A stretch of DNA of 63,086 nt, filler included, from Octopus bimaculoides (Eukaryota): NCBI RefSeq assembly GCF_001194135.2. It is 4 parts of 3 records of this genome, joined end to end, with 100 filler letters (N's around TTAATTAATTAA, not from the genome) between each part and the next. Parts side by side here need not be neighbours in the genome. Positions count along the whole stretch, not along the records: positions 53,282 to 63,086 come from NC_068988.1; 3 more parts are not named here. The stretch is one strand, 5' to 3'. Positions 55,709 through 63,086 of the stretch are shown piece after piece. The position numbers were made by a program, and so were the translations under genes. The notes below the pieces were generated by a model. That model worked only from the letters and a program-made list of their open reading frames with translations, was not told where the DNA came from and ran no database searches. Positions within the stretch are counted from its first letter, which is position 1; the number at the start of each line of letters is the position of its first letter.

Positions 55709-56098
55709 ACTCTTTTACTTGTTTCAGTCCTTTGACTGCGGCCATTCTAGAGCACCGCCTTTTAGTCGAGCAAATCGACCCCACGACTTATTCTTTGTAA
55801 ATCTAGTACTTATTCTAGCGGTCCCTTTTGCCGAACCGCTAAGTTACGGGGACGTAAATACACCAGCATCAGTTGTCAAGCGATGCTGGGGGGCAGACAC
55901 AGACACACAAACATATACACACATACATATATATATATATACATATACGACAGGCTTCTTTCAGTTTCCGTCTACCAAATCCACTCACAAGACTTTGGTC
56001 GGCCCGAGGCTATAGTGGAAGACACTTGCCCAAGGTGTCACGCAGTGGGACTGAACTCGGAACTATGTGGTTGGTAAGCAGGCTACTTACCACACAGC
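55709..56098 (-). mobile_element. SINE family B (full copy)
   Basis: ctcttttacttgtttcagtcctttgactgcggcc...ttcagtttccgtctaccaaatccactcacaag...aggctacttaccacacagcc. Confidence 0.85.
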
Positions 56099-56569
56099 CT
56101 TTTTGTTTTTCGAAAGGTTCAAGGCCCCACGGAACACCACAGTGGGCCACGGCTCACCTGTTGCCATCGTCCCATTTGAATCATATTACTAAACATACAG
56201 TCACCTCATCCTTTATTTAAAAAGAAAATAATTACACCGTCGGACATATTGTCATCGTCGTCGTCATCGTCTTCATTATCATTAGCATCATCGTCATCAT
56301 CATCATTGACATCATCATCATCATCATCATCGTCACCGTCGCCATGATCATCACCATCGTCATCGTCTTCGTCATCAACAGTAAACCAATAATTATAACT
56401 GACCCCTCATTAAATAAATTACCCACTAATGATTCATCAGTGTTGATCAAAAATTAACACTACTATATTTTCACTCTAATTACTTCAGCAATTAATCACA
56501 ACTAAAATGCCACTTGCAATAAACTATTCATTGTTGTTGTTGTTCAACCTCAAGACTTCAGTGTAGCAA

Positions 56570-56875
56570 ATCACCTCCGCCTCTTTCCTTTCCTCCTCCT
56601 CCTCCTTCTCCTTCTTCTTCTTTCCCCTCCACTCCTCTTCTTCCTCCTTCTTTCCACCTCCATCTCCTTCTCTTCTTCCTTCTTCTTTCCCCTCCATCTC
56701 CTTCTTCCATCTACTCCTCCTTCTTCCATTCCCCTTCTCCATCTACTCCTCTTCCTCCTTCTTCCCCTCCTCTATCTCCTCCATCTACTCTTCTTCCTCC
56801 CCTTATTCCCCTTCTCCTCCCCCTCCTTCTCCTACTCCTTCTCTTCCTCTTCTCCTACCACCTTCTCATTCACCA
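56570..56875 (+). repeat. About 300-nt homopyrimidine (CT-rich) tract
   Basis: Degenerate (CTT/CCT)n, ending about 170 nt upstream of the PDE exon acceptor. Confidence 0.85.
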
Positions 56876-57041
56876 TTCATCGTACCTATCATCTTTTACC
56901 GCCCAAATTTCGCACTTAAAAACACGTTACTCTATCATTCTTCCAGAATATTCTCCCGAAATACAACAAAATGCTTGAATCCTGTTCGATTGTATTTATT
57001 CAGGGGGTTTTTTTTCTTTTCTCTTTCCTTGATTTCTTTAG

Positions 57042-57122
57042 GTGACTGTGAGAGGAAATTAAAACTGCCAATCACACCAATGTGCGACAGATATTCAACG
57101 TCCATGGCGAAAATACAGGCCG
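57042..57122 (+). CDS. PDE7: Penultimate coding exon of PDE7-like cAMP phosphodiesterase (catalytic domain, includes invariant Gln)
   Basis: Polypyrimidine tract and tttag acceptor, GTAAGT donor at 57123, phase 1-1, 81 nt. Translates (G)DCERKLKLPITPMCDRYSTSMAKIQA(G), which aligns by eye with PDE7A [28 protein letters not shown]. Both intron positions match my recollection of vertebrate PDE7. Confidence 0.9.
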
Positions 57123-57218
57123 GTAAGTATCAGAATAACATCTTTGTCATCAGTTCCTTTAGACCAGCGGTTTTCCATCTCAGATCCACAGGCCCTAAAA
57201 CAGGAGTGGGGAAACCTC

Positions 57219-57290
57219 CGTCTGCGGGCGCAATTCCGCCCGCAAACCCATTTTATTTCGCCCGCAGGCTGATATACTCGTATGTACAAA
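57219..57290 (+). mobile_element. hAT (Charlie-like) transposon 5' terminus fragment
   Basis: caggagtggggaaacct followed by gcgggc/gcccgc subterminal motifs. Confidence 0.45.
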
Positions 57291-57496
57291 ATATAATAAA
57301 ATGAAAAAGAAAACAAAGGGAAAATAATTCATAGCGACAATGCTCTCTTCTCAATATGTGTGATCAGTTACCAGTTAAGACAATGTTTTGTATTTCTTGC
57401 ATGGATGGTAAGCCAGGGATCATTCCTAAATAACTTTCAGTGGATGATAAGCCACGGATTGGATTATTATTATGATTATTATTATTATTATTATTG

Positions 57497-57970
57497 AGTG
57501 AGAGAGCAGTGCATGCCATCAAAGTGACACTGGGGTAAAATATACGAAGCCCAGCATACCCATCATGACTACCCGTCTGATAAGGGTACAGCAGGCACAG
57601 GCATCACAACCATATATGCGCGCGACATGGTGATCTCATATCGAGATAAACAGCGCAAGACCTCGCAGATGGGGCTCAGTAGAAATTTTCTTTAGGTCGA
57701 GTAGCCCATTCCGCTCAAAAGGTCCCTGAATAAGGGTTGTTTAAGGATGTTGAGCAAAACACCCATGTTTCCAAAAGTGAATTATTCGAACCTGAAAGAA
57801 TTCCTCTCAACACATGGCTATGATGCTCCCCCACTACTTCTGCTCATGATCAGAGATGCACATATCGTCAGCCACTAAGGGACATGCTCAACTGGTTAAG
57901 GTCAAATAACTGACAAGCAAATCTTTGTGGTATTGAGCAGAGTGTTTACTGTAGCCCATCTTTTTATACC
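57497..57970 (-). mobile_element. About 470-bp interspersed repeat bounded by (AAT)n on both sides; probably R4/Dong-related
   Basis: Shares sequence with 93-217 and with 20976-21018 (tttaccccagtgtcactttgatggcatgcactgctctctcactc). Lies in the last PDE intron. Confidence 0.65.
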
Positions 57971-57985
57971 ATTATTATTATTATT

Positions 57986-58018
<33 letters not shown>

Positions 58019-58019
<1 letters not shown>

Positions 58020-58235
58020 GAAGGCGGTGAGCTGGTAGAAACGTTAGCACGCCGGGCGAAATGCTTAGTGGTATTTCGTCTATCTTTACGTTCTGAGTTC
58101 AAATTCCGCCGAGGTCGACTTTGCCTTTCATCCTTTCAGGGTCGATTAAATAAGTACCAGTTACGCACTGGGGTCGATGTAATCGACATAATCCCCTCCC
58201 CCAATCTGCTCTTGTAACAAAAATTTGAAATCATT
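58019..58235 (+). mobile_element. tRNA-like SINE, family A (full copy)
   Basis: ggcggtgagctggtagaaacgttagcacgccgggcgaaatgcttag...gttctgagttcaaattccgccgaggtcgactttgcc with B-box-like gagttcaaattcc. Multiple copies occur in the window. Confidence 0.85.
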
Positions 58236-58307
58236 ATTATTACCATTATTATTATTATCATGATTATTATCATCATTATTATTATTATTATTATTATTAT
58301 TTTGCAG

Positions 58308-59380
58308 GTTTCATGGAGCATGTTGTTTACCCATTATTTCACGAATGGCGGCGTTTCATGCGGTCGGAACTGTCGAAGAACATGTTAGAGAATGTGAAGA
58401 CGAACAAAAACCGTTGGGAAAAAGAAAGAGCCGTAGAGTTACAGAAAGAAGCCGAACTGAATGAGGAACATACGTCCGGAAGTTTGTCTTCTGTGTTTGA
58501 ACAAGACGAACTGAACGAGGATAGCCACGTAAATGGAGATACGGACAACAGCGAGTCAGAGGAAGGGGATATCATTGGAGAAACCCGATTCCTCTCAACA
58601 TTACCGTCCAGGCACGGCTCCTTGGATCATTCAGAAAGTCTCCGAAGTAATTCTCCAACAATGGAAAACCGAGAGAACTTTGTTCCTGGTTCACGTCGAC
58701 ATAGTCTGCCGTTGAGTTACTTTCGGCGTGAGTCGATCCGTGTTACGGTGAGGAGAGAGAGTTTCCCGCATGTACAACGATCTCGACGCAATGTACCTCG
58801 CAATAACTTTTTCCATGCTACCTCTTTTGAAGGGTTTTTCCCCACCACTAAAAAGAGTATCTCGATCGAGAGTGTACTGGGTCGTCCCAAAATTACTACG
58901 CTAAGCCCAAGTTCCGAAGCAAGTAGACTTGCCTCCAGACTGTTTTCTTCAGACCCCCATTTAGCACAACGAAGTCAAATGCCCTCAGCGAACGGACAAA
59001 AAGCAGCAACACGTCTAACTTCTCTTTTAGCATTAACGGCAATAAGCCCTCCCGCCGAGATTGAATCGTGTCCTTTTCAGGCATTCCAGTCACGAACAGT
59101 ACTTGCTCCTCTATCAGGTAACGCTCAAGAAACGACAGGTAGGGAATGGTGGCAAACTAGGGACCCTATTCTCAACCCTTTACGAAGGGTTTCCGCCATA
59201 GACTTCACGTTTCAAATAAAGGGTCAAGTTTTAGGTTCGCATGGAGATATGTCTACGACAAGTCAATCCAAGATGGTACCAGATCAGACAAAGGCAGATA
59301 TAATACATGTAAGCCACAGTGAGCCCACAAAACTATCAGAACGCACGAGAAGACGAGCATCCGATGAGGAATCTCTTTAA
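58308..59380 (+). CDS. PDE7: Terminal coding exon of PDE7-like phosphodiesterase with long C-terminal extension
   Basis: ttttgcag acceptor, phase 1, in frame with the preceding exon: (G)FMEHVVYPLFHEWRRFMRSELSKNMLENVKTNKNRW vs PDE7A [37 protein letters not shown]. The ORF is 355 aa from the internal Met, ends in TAA at 59380, and is the only long non-repeat ORF in the window. Confidence 0.9.
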
Positions 59381-59498
59381 AATATTATTAAATCCTCATT
59401 TCTAATATTTGTGGATTTTTTAAAAAGTATTTTTAAATTAAATTGGACAGGAATCCAACAAAAGATCAGACAATTTACCAAAAACAAAAAAAGACAAG

Positions 59499-59552
59499 AA
59501 TAAAATCTTCATAATTCATTGGAAAAACGACTTCATCTCTCAATTAAATAAA
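59499..59552 (+). promoter_or_regulatory. Candidate polyadenylation signals (AATAAA at 59499 and 59547) of the PDE7-like gene
   Basis: Two AATAAA hexamers 120-170 nt after the stop codon. AT-rich background makes chance occurrence likely. Confidence 0.3.
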
Positions 59553-60199
59553 GTGGTTTGAAAGAACGACTGAAAAAAACAGAAAACAGTTTTTTTGGAG
59601 GTCACCTAAAAAAACGTCTCTTCGTGTTGTTCTTTAAGAAATGTATGTGTGTGTGTGCAGATGCGTGTATCTGTGTGTGAGTGTATATATATGTATGTTT
59701 ATATGTACGTATGTTTATTTTAAGATTCTTTTCCATTGCAGAATTGTAACTGACAAAATGGCGAGACTCTTGTTTGAATCAAGACAGCTCTTGGAGATCT
59801 TGTGTGTGTGTGTATGTGTACGTACGTATGTATATATATATATGTGAATGCATGTGTGTATGTACGAATGTATGTGTGTCTGAACTTATGCATAAATGTG
59901 TATATGTGTGTATGTTTACATATATGTATGTGTATGAGTGTAAATATGAATGTATGTGTCCAGCGCTACATTGTCAAATATATCCTTCTTCTTTAAGGTA
60001 CTAGGATATAATTTAAGATTTGACTACCATTTCTAGCAAGTCGAGTGACCTCGTGTACGATCCCTCATCTGTCCATCTCGTCATCACCACCACCACCATC
60101 ATTAGCATCGTGATCATGATCGTCATCACGTCGCCGTCATAGTCATTATCATTATCAACAACAACAACAACAACAATAATAATAATAATAAGAAGAAGA

Positions 60200-60345
60200 A
60201 GAAGGCGGTTGTAGCATTTCTCTCGGTTCATTACGTTCTGGGTTCAAATTCCGCCCAAGTCGACTTTGCACTTCATTCTATCGTGATCGATAAAATAAGT
60301 ATCAGTCGATATAATTGACTAACCCCTCCCCCAAGATTTCAGACA
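60200..60345 (+). mobile_element. SINE family A (degenerate)
   Basis: ttacgttctgggttcaaattccgcccaagtcgactttgcacttcattc. Confidence 0.7.
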
Positions 60346-60429
60346 CTCCCTTCAGGTGTTTAAGTCACTTAGTTTCGAATTCAATACTTATTTCAGCCTA
60401 CATCTTATTTTATTGATCAAATCTTACTG

Positions 60430-60650
60430 TTTCTTCCGGGTCAATTTTTGCAAGGGAGGCGACTCTTGCCAAGTTGTCTTTTCCTCCGATATCGATGCGT
60501 GATGGGAGCACGGAATACCGATTCCCTGCCTCTGTCCATGATTGTGCATGGAGCCAAAGTTCTTCCAGTCCAGTCTTTAATGCCGTTCAGTCTGTGTATC
60601 TTTAGTCTCCGCCGTTTCTCCTTTCCTCTCAAAGTCACGGATCGACAAAC
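60430..60650 (-). mobile_element. RTE-like LINE 3' fragment
   Basis: RGKEKRRRLK..LNGIKDWTGRTL resembles the RTE C-terminal RGRPxxRWxDxIKEW segment. Confidence 0.5.
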
Positions 60651-60679
60651 TTATCTCATTGACCTCAACATGGAATCTC

Positions 60680-60884
60680 TTTTACTCTTTTACTTGTTTC
60701 AGTCATTTGACTGCGGCCATGCTGGAGCACCGCCTTTAGTCGAGCAAATCGACCCCACGACTTATTCTTTGTAAGCCTAGTACTTATTCTATCGGTCCCT
60801 TTTTGCCGAACCACTAAGTTACAGGGACGTAAACACACCAGCATCGGTTGTCAAGCAATGGTGAGGGGACAAACAGACACACAA

Positions 60885-60927
<43 letters not shown>

Positions 60928-61085
60928 TACGACGGGTTTCTTTCAGTTACCGTCTACCAAATCCACTCACAAGGCTTTGGTTGGCCCGAGGCTATAATGG
61001 AAGATACTTGCCCAAGGTGCCACGCACTGGGACTGAACACGGAACCATGTAGTTGGGAAGCAAGCTTCTAACCAAACAGCCACGA
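60680..61085 (-). mobile_element. SINE family B (full copy)
   Basis: Near-identical layout to 55709-56098. Confidence 0.85.
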
Positions 61086-61149
61086 TTGTGAATAACAAAT
61101 GAGGGTTGAGTAAACTAAAGCGGTAATCATGTTCTATGGACACGAATGT

Positions 61150-62625
61150 GTCTCTTGAGGTCTGCTTGTGCCTTGCAAACATTTTGGCAAATGGAACAAG
61201 CTGAGGGCTTGAAAAAATTTGCTTGAACGAATTCTGCCTCATACAGGCACAGAAAAACGGACGTTAAAACGAATGATGATGATCCTGATGATTTTTGCAG
61301 AGATAAGGGTGCCAGGTAGAAAACCTCCGTGCTAGCGCCAAGTAAAAAGCACTGGTACTGGTGCCACGTAAAAGGCACTTGTGCTGGTGTCACATATAAA
61401 GCCCCTGTAGTGGTACCAGGTAAAAAGCACTGGTTCCGGTAGCATATAAAAACACACCCATTACACTCTGTAAAGTGGTTGGTATTAGGAAGGGCATCCA
61501 GCTGTGGAAACCCTGCCAAAACAATGGGGCCTGGCACAGCTCCCTGGCTTGCCAGCTCTTGTCGAGCCATCCAACCTATGCCAGCATGGACAAAGGATTA
61601 TGATGATGACGACGATGATGATGACAATGATCCTGATGATTATGATGACGACGACGATGAAATGACAAACTATTTTTAAATATCTTTGAAATTTTATGTT
61701 TATTTCTTTAAAAACAAGAAACACTTTTCAGTTGATTTGTACAAATATTTCTTCCGATTCAAAGCTAAAAGAATTATAAAATCATAACAACAATAAACAG
61801 AACAACAACATCTGCAACGAATAAGAAGCAGCAAAAACAGAGTTTTGATTGGAGGAAAAGGAATGAGAGACTGAGTGACAGAGAGAGAGATAGAGAGACT
61901 GAATGACTAAGAGAGAGGGGGAAGGTGTTTTTTACATGCCACCTGCACGGGAGCCAGTCCAGTGGCACTGGCAACGACCTCGCTCGAATGATTTTCTAAC
62001 GTGCCACCAGCACAAGTGCTAGAAGGCAACGCAGGTAACAATTACGCTCAAATGGTGCTATTTACGGGCCATTAGCACGGAAGCCAGATGGCAGCAGATA
62101 ACCAACAAGGCAGGGACAAGGGAATGGTATGGTGTGGGATTTGGCACAATCAGGTAATTGGACCATTTTATATTGAAAGCTCTGCGACAGGTGAATCGTA
62201 TCTGGACATACTTGGCAACAAGATGATGCCTCACGTGCATTCACATGGAAGGAGAAATTCTGTCTAGTTTCAGCAGGTTAGGGGCTCCACCCCATTACAC
62301 ATTACAGGTTCGTGATTTCCGGAATGGAACATTTTCCAGGGAGATGGCGAGGTCATTGCCAGTGCCGCTGGACTGGCTCCCGTGCAGGTAGCAAGCAAAA
62401 AACACCTTTTTGAGCGTGGGCGTTGCCACTAAAGTGTGACTAGCCCTCGTGCCGGTGGCACGTAAAAGCACCCACTACACTCTCGGAGTGGTTGGCGTTA
62501 GGAAGGGCATCCAGCTGTAGAAACTCTGCCAAATCAGATTGGAGCCATCTGGCTCACCAGTCCTCAGTCAAAACGTCCAACCCATGCTAGCATGGAAAGC
62601 AGATGGTAAACGATGATGATGATGA
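61150..62625. mobile_element. Cluster of family E repeat pieces (61150-61290 +, 61300-61640 +, 61915-62050 -, 62350-62625 +); further copy at 48150-48480 -
   Basis: Recurrent gtgccacgtaaaagcac...ggttggcgttaggaagggcatccagctgtagaaac...ccatgccagcatgga + (GAT)n tail. Confidence 0.75.
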
Positions 62626-62689
62626 TTGCTAACAAAGTATGCTTGATATCTCCCATGGTGCATGATTTGTGGCCAAAAACAGAAAAATA

Positions 62690-63086
62690 CATACATAAAA
62701 AATGAAAAAACCATTTAAAAAGAACACACACACACATATATATATACATATATATATATGGGAGAATATACGAAAAAACAACAACAGACGAGGACAGGTG
62801 GTGTAAATAACAAAAGGATGTATTAGTATGACGCTCGGGAATACGGAAAGTCTTTGACGTTTCGAGCTAAGCTCTTCAACAGAAAGAATACGGAGACAAG
62901 GAGAAAAACACGTAGAAAAAAAATTGAATAGTGTCCAGTCAACGGTCAATCATAATAATGGCTGATCATAACAATGGCTGACCGGAAGTTAGAAATTCTT
63001 TTTTCAGGAGAGCTAAGAAAAGGGGGAGATAACAAACGGTGATCGAAGAACGAGGGGCTGTGTGTGGGAGATAGAATGCTGGTGAT
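62690..63086 (-). mobile_element. Interspersed repeat, possibly Penelope-like terminal region (related pieces at about 35090-35330, 42270-42470, 53545-53600)
   Basis: gggagaatatac...aacaacagacgaggacaggtggtgtaaa recurs at 53548, and gacgtttcgagc..ctcttc is a shared motif. The family assignment is inference. Confidence 0.45.

Larger units (their letters stand above)
1..63086. repeat. Pervasive microsatellites: (TA)n, (CA)n, (CT)n, (AAT)n, (GAT)n, (GAA)n, (TAG)n, (ATAC)n, (TCTG)n
   Basis: Examples: 1-92, 218-276, 1228-1260, 2505-2565, 2900-2966, 5130-5170, 6265-6325, 45505-45620, 53100-53360, 54033-54075. Confidence 0.95.

Noticed and set aside
109-56742. Numerous ORFs of poly-HT/YI/CV/S/R/E/H/T or X
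   Set aside because: These are translations of microsatellites and N gaps with no splice or homology support.

Overview
AT-rich, microsatellite-dense eukaryotic genomic DNA from a gapped draft assembly (15 N-runs). The repeat landscape (several tRNA-like SINE families, R4/Dong, CR1 and RTE LINE remnants, mariner and hAT pieces) suggests an octopus or other coleoid cephalopod; this is inference from pattern recognition, not a database result. There are no prokaryotic features. The best-supported gene evidence is the last two coding exons of a + strand PDE7-like cAMP phosphodiesterase (57042-57122, 58308-59380). They carry a C-terminal tail of about 320 aa with five RRxS PKA consensus sites. 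The ORF track largely misses a probable multi-exon gene on the - strand (about 33.3 to 19.6 kb). Its spliced translation is colinear with the N-terminal domain of M13 (neprilysin/ECE) metallopeptidases but is very divergent, and no HExxH was found downstream in the window. Because no upstream PDE catalytic exons were recognisable, the M13-like gene may lie antisense inside a very large PDE intron. Other points of interest are a foldback palindrome of about 410 bp, (TAA)n-associated R4/Dong relics, an ORF1-only retroelement remnant and a MITE nested in a SINE. Most ORFs in the track are artefacts of microsatellites or N gaps. All translations and alignments were done by eye.
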